Both the position numbers and the translations under genes were made by a program. This document shows, in pieces, positions 42,845 to 53,736 of a stretch of DNA of 64,000 nucleotides. The notes below the pieces were generated by a model that was given only the letters and a program-made list of their open reading frames with translations, was not told the origin of the DNA and ran no database searches. Positions within the stretch are counted from its first letter, which is position 1. Each line of letters begins with the position of its first letter. This DNA is from Pelagomonas calceolata (taxonomy: Eukaryota): positions 1,550,001 through 1,614,000 of the forward strand of contig CAKKNE010000006.1 of NCBI GenBank assembly GCA_918797485.1, written 5' to 3'.

Positions 42845-44437
42845 TCACGTGTCGACGTCGCACTCGATCTCGCCCTGGAGGTCCAGCAGCGCGCGGTCGA
42901 GGTCCGCGGAGATCCGCGCCATGGCGCGCATGAGCCGCGCCGTGCGGCCGCCCTGGACGGAGATGCGCCGGAACACGGACGACCGCGAGACCGTGTACGT
43001 CTCGGTCGCCGCGGCCGACCGCCGCAGCGGCGCGCCGGTGTCGACGTCGACGCCGGCGTCCTCGTCGCGCGCCAGCGCGTAGTCGTCCTCGTCGGCCGCG
43101 CGCGAGGCGAGGCCGAGGTCCGCGGCGGACGCGGCGTGGAAGGGGAAGCCCCCGTTCCAGGCCGGCCAGGCCGGGTCGTAGAGGAAGAGCAGGAGGCCGT
43201 GCGCCACGACGACCAGCGCCTGGTCGCAGGCGTAGAGCACGATGGCGCGCTCGTGGTCGCTCACGCTCCGCCCGATCAGGGCGAGCGCGGGCCGCGACAC
43301 GAGCCACAGCGCCGCGGCCGGGTTGAACTTGCCGTAGAACCGCGCCTTGCGCGGGTAGTTCCGGCGCGTCGTGTGCGCCGCGTACAGGAACCAGGCCGCC
43401 GCGTAGGCCCGCAGCGCGACGAGCGCGTAGCCCGGCGGCGACTCGCCCGCGTCCGCGTACCGCGACCGGTCCCACGCGTGCAGGCGCCAGAGCTCCAGCG
43501 CCACCGTCGCCCAGAGGAAGACCGTCGCGTAGACCGTCACGCGGACGCGGCCGTTCGCCGACAGCTTGCGCCGCACCAGCGTCCAGCCCTTGGCCAGGAG
43601 CACGAGCAGGCTCACGAGGAGGATGTCGGCCGCGTGGCCCAGGAAGCGCGCCGCGGCGAGGCACCAGGGCACGCCCGCGCCGTCCCGCGCGAACGTCGCG
43701 ACGTGGCACAGCGCGAAGGCGCAGCCCGCGGCCTGCACCCAGGCCGACCAGCACAGCATGGCCACCGTGTGGTGGAACTTGCGGCGCCGGCGGAGCGCCG
43801 CGCGCACGCGCAGCGCCCAGGCGCCCAGCGCGGCGTACGCGGCGAGCGCGCACCACGCGACCTCGAGCGTCCCCAGCTCGTCGGCCGAGAACTCGCGCCG
43901 CTCCTCGGCGGCGCCGTTCGTGAAGTGCAATTTATAAGAAGCGACGAGCGGCCCCTGGCAGTCGCGGTAGCCCGCGGCCTCGGGGCACTGCGCCGCGCAG
44001 TTCGCGAGGGCCACGAAGAACCACGTGTAGGCCTCGTTGCGCACGTACGCGCGGCCCTTAGCCGTGGTCGTCCGGCCGAGCGAGTCCGGCGCGACGCTCG
44101 TCACGAACGACGTCGGCGCCTGCAGCGACACGACGTTGTCCGCCGCGCGCAGCCGCTCGGAACAGGACCCGCCGCCGTCGACGCCGTCGACCCACTTGTC
44201 GAAGCCGTCGTAGTAGAAGAGGAGCGCGGGCGCCGCGCCGGTCGGGTACGTGACCTCGAACTCGACGAAGCCGTACTTCTTCTTCTTCGCGTCCGCCGCG
44301 AGGTCCACGTCGGCCTGGGGCGTCGGCACGAAGCAGAAGCGGTCCACGAAGGCCCAGGGCGCCAGCGTGTCGAGCTCGCCCCGGAGCTTGAGGCCCGCGG
44401 CGAGCGCGGGCAGGAGCGGCAGGCGCGCGGCCCGCAT
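42845..44437 (-). CDS. GPR180/TMEM145-like (GOST-family) 7-TM protein
   Basis: Signal peptide, WAFVDRFCF, WFFVALANC, LHFTNG..REFSADE, LVLLAKGWTLVR and ESPPGY. Confidence 0.88.
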   Translation of the reverse strand: MRAARLPLLPALAAGLKLRGELDTLAPWAFVDRFCFVPTPQADVDLAADAKKKKYGFVEFEVTYPTGAAPALLFYYDGFDKWVDGVDGGGSCSERLRAADNVVSLQAPTSFVTSVAPDSLGRTTTAKGRAYVRNEAYTWFFVALANCAAQCPEAAGYRDCQGPLVASYKLHFTNGAAEERREFSADELGTLEVAWCALAAYAALGAWALRVRAALRRRRKFHHTVAMLCWSAWVQAAGCAFALCHVATFARDGAGVPWCLAAARFLGHAADILLVSLLVLLAKGWTLVRRKLSANGRVRVTVYATVFLWATVALELWRLHAWDRSRYADAGESPPGYALVALRAYAAAWFLYAAHTTRRNYPRKARFYGKFNPAAALWLVSRPALALIGRSVSDHERAIVLYACDQALVVVAHGLLLFLYDPAWPAWNGGFPFHAASAADLGLASRAADEDDYALARDEDAGVDVDTGAPLRRSAAATETYTVSRSSVFRRISVQGGRTARLMRAMARISADLDRALLDLQGEIECDVDT

Positions 44438-44672
44438 GGCTGCCCTCCGGTCAGTTTCTTATTTTCAAACTCCTTAGCATCCGCCGCCTCTACTACGACG
44501 GGAGGCAGCCATCGGGGCATGCGCCAGAAGTTGTTACTTGTTACCGGTACCGGTACCGTACCGCCAGCACGGTACCTTGGTAGGTATGATAAAAAGAATA
44601 ATAATACAGCGATTGTGCTATGATCCTATAGTTACCTACACTGAGAGCCCTCCCCCGGTTCTAGTAGGACCT

Positions 44673-44709
44673 CTGGTGGGCGTGAACATACTTGTAGTAT
44701 CATCCGGGC
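44673..44709 (+). repeat. Dispersed repeat B (left copy)
   Basis: ctggtgggcgtgaacata (18 bp identical) plus gtagtatcatcMgggc, shared with 56712-56780. Confidence 0.75.
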
Positions 44710-44977
44710 TTCAAGTTTCCCGGGCAAGAACCCGCCGGACGACTGCCGCCGCGAAAGAACATCCAGCGCCGAGTCAGAGGAGTCGGGCGGCGCCGTTAGC
44801 GTGATCACGTATCGCTTCGCCGCGGCCCTCGCGTCGCTAGTCGCGATACTTCTGCGGTAGCCTCTTACGGAAATCGGTTTCAATTGGTGATCTCGCCTGC
44901 TTCTCCGGCATTCTGGAATTTTCCAAGGCTTCTAAAATGCATTTAATCTAGTAAGAGCCTTCGTAGCCCCTCGGTGC

Positions 44978-47545
44978 CTAGGCGGATTCTGATGAGGCGG
45001 CGCCAGGCGCCGCCTTGGGGGGATCCGCGACAAGCGTCGGCCGCCGTCGTCGCCGGTGCGCGAACGCGGCACCCGCGGCCAGGACTGCGACAGCGGCCGC
45101 GCCGACACCAGCGACGCCCGCGTCGTCGATAGCCTCACCACCCCGGCCGCCGGCCCCATCGACCGACGCGTCAGCGTCCGCCCCGGAACCGCCGCCGTTC
45201 TCGAGGACCGTGAGCCCCCCCGCGGCGGGCGCCACCACGAGGTCCGCGGCGCCGTCTCCGTTGATATCCCCGGCCGCAAAGGCGAGCACGGCGCCGGTAT
45301 ACACCTTGCGCCTTCGTACGACGAGCCCCGCCCCGTCGAACCAGTACAGGCCGGCCTGGTCGTCGCGCTCGAAGGCGTCGTTGCCGCGCGCGACGACGTC
45401 CTCCGCCCCACGCCCGTTTAGATCCGCGCCCAGGAGGGCGTCGTACCTCATATCGTCGGTGTCGTACAGCACACCACCGTCGACCGTCGACACCTCCGCG
45501 TCGGCCCGCTTGCCGGCTTCTCCGCCGTGGACGTAGACGGTACGATATGCGACCACAATGTCGTCGCCAACGACCGCGACCGCGCGCTGGCCGCGACCGC
45601 GCGTCCTTAACACTGTCCTCTGGTACTCGAGCCAGTCGTCACCGATCCAAACGTCGTCCTCGCGGTTGCGCGGCATGGACTTCAGCGCGACCACGGTGCC
45701 GGAACAAGGAAGTGTGGGGAGCAGGTCCAGGTCTCCGTCGCCGTCGACGTCTAGGACGACCACGTCAGTAACACCCACCGCGTCAGACGCAGCGAGACGC
45801 TTCGAAAATCCCTTGGACGCACGATACACAGCGACGGTGTCATCCTCGGCCGCCGCCGAGACGACGTCCAGCACGCCGTCGCCGTCGATGTCTGCCGCCC
45901 GGACGACCACAGCACCAGAGGCGACGTCCCGATCCACGATTCGTATTTGCTCACCGTCGAGCGCGTGCACCACCACGGCGCCGGCCTCGTAGCCGACGAC
46001 GATGTCTTCCTCTCCCGCGTCGAGCGCGACCGGGCTCGCGTATTTAGTCGTGACGACATCTCGCGCGATCATCCGCCCCGCCACGTTCTCGTGGATCCGG
46101 AGCCAGTCCCCCTCCGCCGTGACGACGTCCGGGTCGCCATCATTATCAACGTCGACGACCGCGACCGCGTCGAAGCGACCGTCGACGGTATGGTGCTCGC
46201 CAAAAGAGGGACCCATCGTGGGACATCGCTCCGCTGGCTCGGCAACGGCGCACGCATCTCCGGAAGATTCGCGACATCGTACGAGGTCCTCATACGCGTA
46301 CGGCGCCGCGCCCGGCGCCAGCTCGCAGAGGAGCCGCGCGTTTGTCACTAACGTCTCTGGTGATTCGCCGGCGCGCGGCTCGAAACCGAGGTCGTCCATC
46401 GAAAAGCCCCAGCCGTCGCTGAGCGTCTCGTTGAGGAGCTGGCCGGGCGCGCGCCGGCCCGTAAACGCGTCCGTCCCGACCGTGGTGTCAGGATCCAACA
46501 AAGGGTATGCCCAGTAGTCGTCGGCGTCATGAGCGCGCGTCCAGGTCCACCAGTGGCGAGACCGCTCGACGTTTGCGTGGTGGAAGAAGAACACGGGGTC
46601 GTTCGGACCCGCCTGTGTGCGCATCAACCAGTGCTTCGATAGTTCAATTGAATGCGTTGGGAGTTTGATCTGCGCGCTGGGCTCTGCCAAAGTATCCGCA
46701 AAGTCGCCATGGCTGGTCCCGGTGCCACCATCCTGAAAGCCGCCGACCCCTGGGTGCGCACCGCGATGCACCGAGTCGCCTAGGTCGGAGCCGTCCGGCG
46801 CAAATCCGAGGTCGACGCACTTGTTCCATTCCAGGAACGTCGTGGGCTCCTCGACGCAGCGCCAGAACACGTCTTTTTCTAGAGCGTAGTCGCCGCCGAA
46901 GCGGACGACCCCTACAACCGATGTCATGCTATGGGGGTGCCTCAGGTAGCCGGCCGAGTTGCCCGCGACGGCGGTCGAGGCTGAAAACGTCGACGAATTG
47001 GGCGCGTAGTCCGCCAGCGATTTGTGTCGAGGCACTCGCCACGACCCGAACGGGCCGTCAATCACGTCGTAATCATCGCCGAGGCCTGGCGCCGAGCCAA
47101 AGTACGCCCCCCCAAACACCGACGGGGACGTCTCCGAGGCGTCCCAGTAGGGCAACGCTTCGATCGCCGGATCGACCGCGCGGAGCGCCCGTTCGAACTC
47201 GAGGCCGAGCGCAGCGTGCCACGTGGCGAAGTGCGGGCCGTAGTGTGCACCATTTCCCCGTGCGTCAACGCAGGCGGCGTAGTGCTTCGCCGTGAAATAG
47301 TCGTAGCTCCGGTAGGCGGCGCCGTAGGTCGCTTGGCCGTTCGTCGTCGCTACTCGTTTCATGGTGTTCATTGCATTTGTGACGCGCTGCCACTCTGTGG
47401 CGCTCAGGTCCCTGACTTCTCGTCGTACACGTACTCCATCTGGAGCTCGCCAAGGGCAGCTGGGGCAGCTGGTGCCACAGCAGGGTGTTGCTGGTAAGGC
47501 GGCTGCGCCGACGGCTGCGAGGAGGACAAACCCCACGTTCTTCAT
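44978..47545 (-). CDS. Membrane-anchored tyrosinase (type-3 copper) + FG-GAP/VCBS repeats; probable 75-nt intron 46613-46687
   Basis: Signal MKNVGFVLLAAVGAAA. CuA: KHY...AHYGPHFATWH...LPYWD. CuB: HRGAH...GPNDPVFFFHHANVE. DxDxDG repeats (DVDNDGDPD, DIDGDGVLD, DVDGDGDLD, DINGDGAAD). TM helix followed by RRRRR. Confidence 0.9.
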   Translation of the reverse strand: MKNVGFVLLAAVGAAALPATPCCGTSCPSCPWRAPDGVRVRREVRDLSATEWQRVTNAMNTMKRVATTNGQATYGAAYRSYDYFTAKHYAACVDARGNGAHYGPHFATWHAALGLEFERALRAVDPAIEALPYWDASETSPSVFGGAYFGSAPGLGDDYDVIDGPFGSWRVPRHKSLADYAPNSSTFSASTAVAGNSAGYLRHPHSMTSVVGVVRFGGDYALEKDVFWRCVEEPTTFLEWNKCVDLGFAPDGSDLGDSVHRGAHPGVGGFQDGGTGTSHGDFADTLAEPSAQIKLPTHSIELSKHWLMRTQAGPNDPVFFFHHANVERSRHWWTWTRAHDADDYWAYPLLDPDTTVGTDAFTGRRAPGQLLNETLSDGWGFSMDDLGFEPRAGESPETLVTNARLLCELAPGAAPYAYEDLVRCRESSGDACAVAEPAERCPTMGPSFGEHHTVDGRFDAVAVVDVDNDGDPDVVTAEGDWLRIHENVAGRMIARDVVTTKYASPVALDAGEEDIVVGYEAGAVVVHALDGEQIRIVDRDVASGAVVVRAADIDGDGVLDVVSAAAEDDTVAVYRASKGFSKRLAASDAVGVTDVVVLDVDGDGDLDLLPTLPCSGTVVALKSMPRNREDDVWIGDDWLEYQRTVLRTRGRGQRAVAVVGDDIVVAYRTVYVHGGEAGKRADAEVSTVDGGVLYDTDDMRYDALLGADLNGRGAEDVVARGNDAFERDDQAGLYWFDGAGLVVRRRKVYTGAVLAFAAGDINGDGAADLVVAPAAGGLTVLENGGGSGADADASVDGAGGRGGEAIDDAGVAGVGAAAVAVLAAGAAFAHRRRRRPTLVADPPKAAPGAASSESA
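46613..46687 (-). other. Probable in-frame, stop-free 75-nt GC-AG intron
   Basis: The minus strand reads GCagagcccagcgcgc...cactggttgatgcgcacacAG. It is AT-richer than the flanking exons. Removal gives GDFADTL-AGPNDPVFFFHH. Confidence 0.65.
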
Positions 47546-47905
47546 GGGGCGTCTTTCGGCATTACTACTACAATACGCGGACAGGCTGGTAGCACTAACG
47601 CCGTCAATTGCGAGAAGCCATGTGCACGTGATGAATACCTTCTCGCACAATGTTCTAATTGTTCTTCTATCTGTCTCAATATTATGGGAGTCATTGCTAG
47701 CAGTATTCGCGCGTTCCAACCAGGGAATCAAATTGCGTGCGGGTTTCCTCACGTGTTGATGGAAGGGCAGCCCAAAGTCGTCACGTGTATAGCGAGGACG
47801 GGGTGCAGCGAGCAGCCCAAGTGGCAAGTTGCACCGCGACGCAAGGCCACGGCAGTCGGCAGTCGGCAGGAAGTTTTCAGTCAAAGCGCGTAAGAAAAAG
47901 GGACT

Positions 47906-50900
47906 ATGGGGTCCGATTGCGCCGCGGGCCGGGGTGCGACGCCGTCGGAGGTTGTGTGGGTGCTCGCGCCGGTCATATCAATCATCTGCGCCATGGCCTT
48001 CTTCGGAGCGCGGCGCTTCGGGCTGATCGGCGGGCGCCCGGCGGCGGCGGACCGGCGCCCCGAGGCGTTCGCCGCCGATCTGGTCGTCTCGCACCCCCTG
48101 AAGGTCATCGCCCTCAACGTGTGGCTGATCACGGCGCTGTCGGTCTCGGCCTTCGTCGACGTCGGTTGCGGCGAGCTGCGCGAGTCCATCGACGTGCTGC
48201 TGGACGTGGACGCCTACACAAAGGCGGACAATCGCGCGTCGGAGTGGTACTCGGCGTTTGAGGCCGCAAAGTCCGACACGCGGTATTGCGCCGCGGGGTC
48301 GACGTCGCGGCGGCGCCTCGAGGAGTCGTCCGGCGGCCGCGTCGACACGCTCACGCTGGTGTACCTGCGGAAACCGCTGCATCGGGACGCCATTCGGTCC
48401 CCCGCGCTCCACGACGCGCAGCGGGTCGAGAAGGATTTGATCCTAACCGTCTTTGGGGACCAGGGCTGGCGCGACCACTGCCTACCCACGTACTGGAACG
48501 AAACGGCTTCGCCGCGAGACTGCGCGCCCTGGGCGCGCGACTCGAGCGTGCCCTACTACTGGACGGGCTCGGGACTAACGACGGACTCGGAATTGCGAGA
48601 AGTGGAACAAGTCACGACCTGGATGGCTCAGACTGGCGTCGGCAACGCGTTCTTCTCGGCGAATTTTGGGACCGTCCGCCCGAGGTCGGAGATCATGCGC
48701 TCCACGTTCACGTTCCTGGCCACAGACGACTCCGGGTTCAAGACGTGGCTCGTCGACCACGTCTGGCCGAAAATACTCCAGGAATGGGAGACGTCGTCGT
48801 CAACAATGCGGCTCCTGTGGCTGCAGGGCGACATCAACGGCGCGGAGGTGGCGTCCGCGCTGGGGCTCGACATGGTGCTTTGCGGTATCGCGCTAGTGCT
48901 GGTGTTCGCAGCGCTCATCGCGCACATGCGCTCGCCGGTGCTGGCGATCGTCGCGATGGGCCAGGTCCTGGTGTCGATCCCCGTCGCGCAGTACTTCTAC
49001 CTGCGCGTCTTCGACGTCTACATCATCTACCTGCTGAACTTTCTCAGCGTGTTCATCGTGGCGGGCATCGGCGCCGACGACGCGTTCCTGTTTTTCGACA
49101 CGCTCGCGCAGACCATGGTCGAGCGGCAGCACAAGCGGGAGGGGCTCCGGCGCGTGACCGCGCTCCACGACTGCAAGGGCGACCGCAAGGACGAGCTGAG
49201 TTTCAAGAAGGGCGACGTGTTGATCGTCGAGGACGAGGCCGGCGACGGCTGGTGTCGCGGCCGCCTGGCCGTCGGCGTCGGTAAGTTCCCCGCGACGTAC
49301 GTCGCGCCCTGCGAGGGCCCGCGGCGCGTCACTGCGATCGTTGACCGCAGTCCCCGATGCCGTACCGAAGAGGGCGAGCTCTTCTTCCAGACGGGCGCCA
49401 AAATCCTGGTGGAGGACGACTCGGACGCAACGACGTGGAGCGGGTCGCTCGAGACCGGGGGCGCCTCCGGTCGGTTCCCGGCTGCGCATGTCGTTGGCGG
49501 GAAGCGCTACAAGGCCAAGTTCGACTGCGACGCCGACGCGCAGGACGAGCTCGGCTTCTACGAAGGCGACGTCATCGAGGTCTCCGATCAATCGGACCCG
49601 GACTGGTGGGTCGGGTCCCTAGTGCACGCCAAGGGCGTCTTCCCGGCGATGCACGTGGCCGCCGACGACGAGACGGAGGCGTTCGACGCCGTCGGGCGCA
49701 ACGCGCTCGCGGAGGCGTACCGGCGCGCCGGCGCGTCGATGGCGACGACGTCGTTCACGTCGGCGGCCGCCTTCTATGCGCTCTCCGTGTCTGAGCTGCC
49801 GGCGATCCAGGCGTTCGGCATCTTCACGGGCACGCTCATCATGGTCAACTTCGTCCTCGTCGTCTCGGTCTTTCCCGCCGTACTGGTGCTTTTCCCCCGC
49901 TCGCTGCGCGCGGGCCGCCCGAAGCCGGCGGAGCCCCCCGTCTCGGACCCGGAGAGCGCAACGCCGGCGCCCGACCGGCCCCAGAAAGATGTGCTCAACC
50001 CCCTGGCCCGGGTCCGGCTCAGCAAGAACGTGCGAAAGTTCCTCGACCGGCCGGCCGTCAAGTACGTGACAAGCTCGCTGCACGCTGCGCAGGAGAAAAT
50101 TGGAAGGGGCCTGGACCGCGTGTCCGAGGCGATCACGCCTAGCTCGAAACACGGAGGGTTCCTCGACCGCGACCGCGCGGGAGGCTCGCGGTGGCGCCAG
50201 ACGCTCCAAGGGGAGGTCAACGCCGGTAAGATGGGTTGCCTCGACCGCTTCTTTGGCGTTAGCCTGCCCGGCGTTCTCGTAAAGCGCGCGGGGCTGGTCG
50301 TGGTGCTCACGGTCGCGATGTTGGTCGCCGCCGCGGTGAGCATCGGGCTGGTCGCGGCCGTCGACTACGCGCCGCCACGCTTCTTCCGGCGCGACCACAA
50401 CCTGGGCCTCGTCTATCAAATCCGGGACAAATACTTCCCGGCGGACGGCGGCGTCGCGACGTTGCTCGGGGAGGCCGCCGGCGACGAGAACTATGAGTAC
50501 GGTTCAGCGACCCAGCGCGGGACGGGCGGCTACGACGAGACGCAGTGGAGCCCGCAGTGCTCCGACAAGGTCGGCACGAACGGCGAAATATGCTCCGGAT
50601 ATGGCAAATGCGCCCACACGACCGGGTTTTGTCAGTGTTATGGCGGCTATATGGGCTTGAGGTGTGAATCTCTCGACGAGGAGTACACGGAACCGCCAGT
50701 CACATCGCCGCCGACGATAACGCCCGTTCCGACGCCGGAGCCGGTGCCGACGGTCACGTTCGTCGACCCGAACGCGGCGCAGGCCGGTCCGTCGGCGACG
50801 CCTGCGCCCGCGTCGCTCTCGCCCAGGTCGCCCTCGCCCGGGTCGCCCGCGCCCGCGCCCAGCCCGGCTTCCGGGGAGTCGGGGGACGACGTCGCTCCGG

Positions 50901-52246
50901 TCTGCGTCGACGATACGTGCGGCCGCTGCTCGTGCAGTTCGAACGGCTGTCAGACGGCAGACGGCGCGTGCGATTGCTTCCCGGACTACCGCGGCGAGCT
51001 ATGCGAGTTCTACTACCCCTACGACCTCCAGCACACGATCACGCTGGACGTCGTGCAGGGCGTGCGGTCGCGGCCCGGCCGCCAGTCGGACGCGCATCCG
51101 CACGGCCGACCGCGGTACTGGCGGTCGTACGACTGGTCCGACCCGAACGTGCAGACCTTCGCGCGCGACGCGTGCGCCGAGCACGCCAAGCATGCGCACC
51201 TCAAGATGCGCCGCGAGGACTCGGCCTGTATTGTTGAACTATTTGAAGCCTCCTGGCTCGCCCCGAAGCAAAAGATGCTGCCACTACCGCCGTTCGAGTT
51301 CGAGGCGGAGTTCCTGGCCTACGTCGACAGCAACCCCACGGTAGGCCTCGGCGGCGACTCGATCCTCGACTACGTAGGCGTCGACTGCGACGCCGGGGGG
51401 GGGCGGACGGTCCGCTGGATGCGGGACCGGATCCTCCTGGACGTGCGACCGGACGCTGCGCTGTCGAAGCGCGCCGAGGTCTACCGAAACTGGGTGCGGT
51501 ACCTGCGCCGCCGCGACCACGGGAAGCCGCACGGCGCCACGCGCTCGGTGCTCTCGTCCGACAACTACGTGCTCACGGCGCTGCTCGATGGCGTTATCCG
51601 CGACACGTTGATAGGCGCCGCCGTCGCGCTCGCGTGCGCATACCTCTGCGTCCTCGTCGCGTCGGGCTCGCTCGGCCACACGACGCTCGTCTTCTCACTG
51701 GTCGTCGCCGAGTGCCTCGTGCTCACGTTCACGGTCACGTGCCTGCTGGGCTACGAGATCGGCATCCTCGAGGCGATCTCGATGCCCATCTTCCTGGGTC
51801 TGTCCATCGACTACTCGTTCCACGTCGACCATGCCTACCGCGTCGCGGCGCACGACAACCCCAACGCCGAGCCGGCGAGGCTCGTGCGGCGCGCGCTGGA
51901 GACCGTCGGCGCTCCAGTCTTCGCGGCGGCGTTGACGACGTTCTCGTCGACGTTCGTCCTCATCTTCGCGCGGCTCCTGCCGTTCTCGAGGCTTGGCGTC
52001 ATCGCGTCGATCAACACGACCTACGCGGCCCTGACGGCCCTCGTCGTCCTCCCGTGCTTCCTGCACCTGATGCCGTGCCTCCGGCGAGAGCGGGGCTGTT
52101 GGCAACGACCGCGGCCAAAACTACAGAAGCTCGCGCGGCGCTCGCGTAGCCTTCTGCGCAGCCTCAGCCCGGCGCCCCGCCCCCGGACGCGGCCGGCGGA
52201 CCTCCGAGTCGAGATGAAGCTCGTCAGCATCACGCCCGGCGTATGA
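47906..52246 (+). CDS. Dispatched/Patched-like RND (sterol-sensing-domain) protein with three inserted SH3 domains and two EGF-like domains
   Basis: [14 protein letters not shown] (TM4 GxxxDD) and [11 protein letters not shown] (TM10 GxxxDY), with two 5-TM blocks. SH3 motifs at ~49148-49660. EGF-like Cys clusters at ~50558-50668 and ~50903-51008. Confidence 0.9.
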   Translation: MGSDCAAGRGATPSEVVWVLAPVISIICAMAFFGARRFGLIGGRPAAADRRPEAFAADLVVSHPLKVIALNVWLITALSVSAFVDVGCGELRESIDVLLDVDAYTKADNRASEWYSAFEAAKSDTRYCAAGSTSRRRLEESSGGRVDTLTLVYLRKPLHRDAIRSPALHDAQRVEKDLILTVFGDQGWRDHCLPTYWNETASPRDCAPWARDSSVPYYWTGSGLTTDSELREVEQVTTWMAQTGVGNAFFSANFGTVRPRSEIMRSTFTFLATDDSGFKTWLVDHVWPKILQEWETSSSTMRLLWLQGDINGAEVASALGLDMVLCGIALVLVFAALIAHMRSPVLAIVAMGQVLVSIPVAQYFYLRVFDVYIIYLLNFLSVFIVAGIGADDAFLFFDTLAQTMVERQHKREGLRRVTALHDCKGDRKDELSFKKGDVLIVEDEAGDGWCRGRLAVGVGKFPATYVAPCEGPRRVTAIVDRSPRCRTEEGELFFQTGAKILVEDDSDATTWSGSLETGGASGRFPAAHVVGGKRYKAKFDCDADAQDELGFYEGDVIEVSDQSDPDWWVGSLVHAKGVFPAMHVAADDETEAFDAVGRNALAEAYRRAGASMATTSFTSAAAFYALSVSELPAIQAFGIFTGTLIMVNFVLVVSVFPAVLVLFPRSLRAGRPKPAEPPVSDPESATPAPDRPQKDVLNPLARVRLSKNVRKFLDRPAVKYVTSSLHAAQEKIGRGLDRVSEAITPSSKHGGFLDRDRAGGSRWRQTLQGEVNAGKMGCLDRFFGVSLPGVLVKRAGLVVVLTVAMLVAAAVSIGLVAAVDYAPPRFFRRDHNLGLVYQIRDKYFPADGGVATLLGEAAGDENYEYGSATQRGTGGYDETQWSPQCSDKVGTNGEICSGYGKCAHTTGFCQCYGGYMGLRCESLDEEYTEPPVTSPPTITPVPTPEPVPTVTFVDPNAAQAGPSATPAPASLSPRSPSPGSPAPAPSPASGESGDDVAPVCVDDTCGRCSCSSNGCQTADGACDCFPDYRGELCEFYYPYDLQHTITLDVVQGVRSRPGRQSDAHPHGRPRYWRSYDWSDPNVQTFARDACAEHAKHAHLKMRREDSACIVELFEASWLAPKQKMLPLPPFEFEAEFLAYVDSNPTVGLGGDSILDYVGVDCDAGGGRTVRWMRDRILLDVRPDAALSKRAEVYRNWVRYLRRRDHGKPHGATRSVLSSDNYVLTALLDGVIRDTLIGAAVALACAYLCVLVASGSLGHTTLVFSLVVAECLVLTFTVTCLLGYEIGILEAISMPIFLGLSIDYSFHVDHAYRVAAHDNPNAEPARLVRRALETVGAPVFAAALTTFSSTFVLIFARLLPFSRLGVIASINTTYAALTALVVLPCFLHLMPCLRRERGCWQRPRPKLQKLARRSRSLLRSLSPAPRPRTRPADLRVEMKLVSITPGV

Positions 52247-52570
52247 GTTTTAAGGGCACCGCGCAACGTAACATCGATCGAACCTCGGACACTACTCACC
52301 TTGGTTCCATGGTCCTTCCACTTTAATATGAACATGCAGCCACATCTAGGTCCAGGACCAGGGGGAGTACGTCGAGGGAGCGGAGAATTTAACCCCAGTC
52401 TCCCCATCTCTGCCCAGCACTCTCCTTTCTCATATTAAATATCCTGGAGGTCTTAACGTGCCTGTGCACATCCCGTGCCTCCGTGCGGGGAGGGCCCTTT
52501 TGCACGCCGCCGCCCGAGAGGAGGCTGCCCATTCCGTGCTCACGCGCTTAAGAGCGGCAGGAGCGGCAGC

Positions 52571-53317
52571 ATGAGGTGCGGGGCGGCTATACTGCTGGCG
52601 TCTACAGTGGGCGCCGAGACTGATGATGCTCACTGCGGCTACGCCGCAGATGCATGGCGCATCACTCCTGCGGAGCAAACCGGCAACATGGGCGACGCCT
52701 GGACGGTACGCGAGCTTCACGTCTATGAGGACAGTGAATGCGAAGGCGACCCGATCCAAGCGACCTCGGTGTTTTCGAAGCCGAGTTATCCATCGAAGAA
52801 AGTCATCGTCGACGGAGACACGGGCTCGTTCTGGCAGGCCAATTGCGGCTACTCGGGCGATGGCTGCGCGGCCTACGGTCCCCACGTCGGTTTCTACACG
52901 GCGACAAACACAACGGCGCGGTGCGTCAAGTTGTACCAGTGCGCTGGGACCGGGTGCGCGCCGTCCATCGCGCTCCAGTATATGATCAATGGCGGCGACT
53001 GGACCACAGCGATCGTCTTCGACGCAAAACATGGCGCGTTTAAAGATTATCCAATTCATTTCCCTTGTCCCGCGACACCGCCGACACCCGGCCCAGAAAG
53101 TTCCCCTAGTGGGTCTAGTGACGCAAACGCTGCCTCGGCCGGTCTCATCACAGGCGTGGTCGTAGGGGCTGCTGTCGTTCTTCTCGTGCTCCTCGCTGGG
53201 TACTTTATTCTTAAGAACCGTCGCGCGGCGCCACTGCCAATGAAGGCGTCCGATTATTCAGCAGACGAGCTGCGGCCGGCGAAACCGCCCCGCGAAGGCG
53301 CTGCGGCAGCTGTCTAG
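52571..53317 (+). CDS. Small type-I membrane protein with Cys-containing discoidin/F5-8-like ectodomain
   Basis: Signal MRCGAAILLASTVGA, AWRI..WTVRELHVY..C..VDGDTGSFW, a Pro/Ser stalk and TM GLITGVVVGAAVVLLVLLAGYFIL. Confidence 0.65.
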   Translation: MRCGAAILLASTVGAETDDAHCGYAADAWRITPAEQTGNMGDAWTVRELHVYEDSECEGDPIQATSVFSKPSYPSKKVIVDGDTGSFWQANCGYSGDGCAAYGPHVGFYTATNTTARCVKLYQCAGTGCAPSIALQYMINGGDWTTAIVFDAKHGAFKDYPIHFPCPATPPTPGPESSPSGSSDANAASAGLITGVVVGAAVVLLVLLAGYFILKNRRAAPLPMKASDYSADELRPAKPPREGAAAAV

Positions 53318-53736
53318 GCACAGCTCCAGTCCTGAGTATCAGCCGCACACGGCTCGTATATTGATGCCATCGTGCAATCGTGTGCGTTCTCTACCGCCCC
53401 CCGGCCGGCGCGGCCTTGGCGTCGGCTCCGCTCCGCACTTATTTCCCCTCAACTGACGGGCAGACTGGAGTCCGAATTCCCGGTGGGTCTGCCCAGCGGG
53501 TCCCGGGCCTTGGTCCTAATGTGATCACAACTGCTCTCTACTTGCAACGGATATATCCTGGTAACGGTAGACTGTCCGTAAATAGAGGAGTATATCACAA
53601 GATTACATGACAACCTTCCAGATAGTGACTCTTAGCGTGCTAAGGAAGTAAGAGCGTGCCACAAAACAGAGCATGCAAAGAAAGGGCGCTGCCTCGCCGA
53701 CTAAAAGCACGCTGCCCCACCCGCCGGCGCCCCACG

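Noticed and set aside
47546..47884. 113-codon N-terminal extension of the tyrosinase ORF
   Set aside because: The sequence is AT-richer and intergenic-like, and a clear signal peptide begins at ATG 47545. Similar upstream extensions were trimmed for other ORFs.
52322..52439. 10-bp inverted repeat tttaatatga/tcatattaaa
   Set aside because: There is no TSD or second copy in the window, which is insufficient to call an element.
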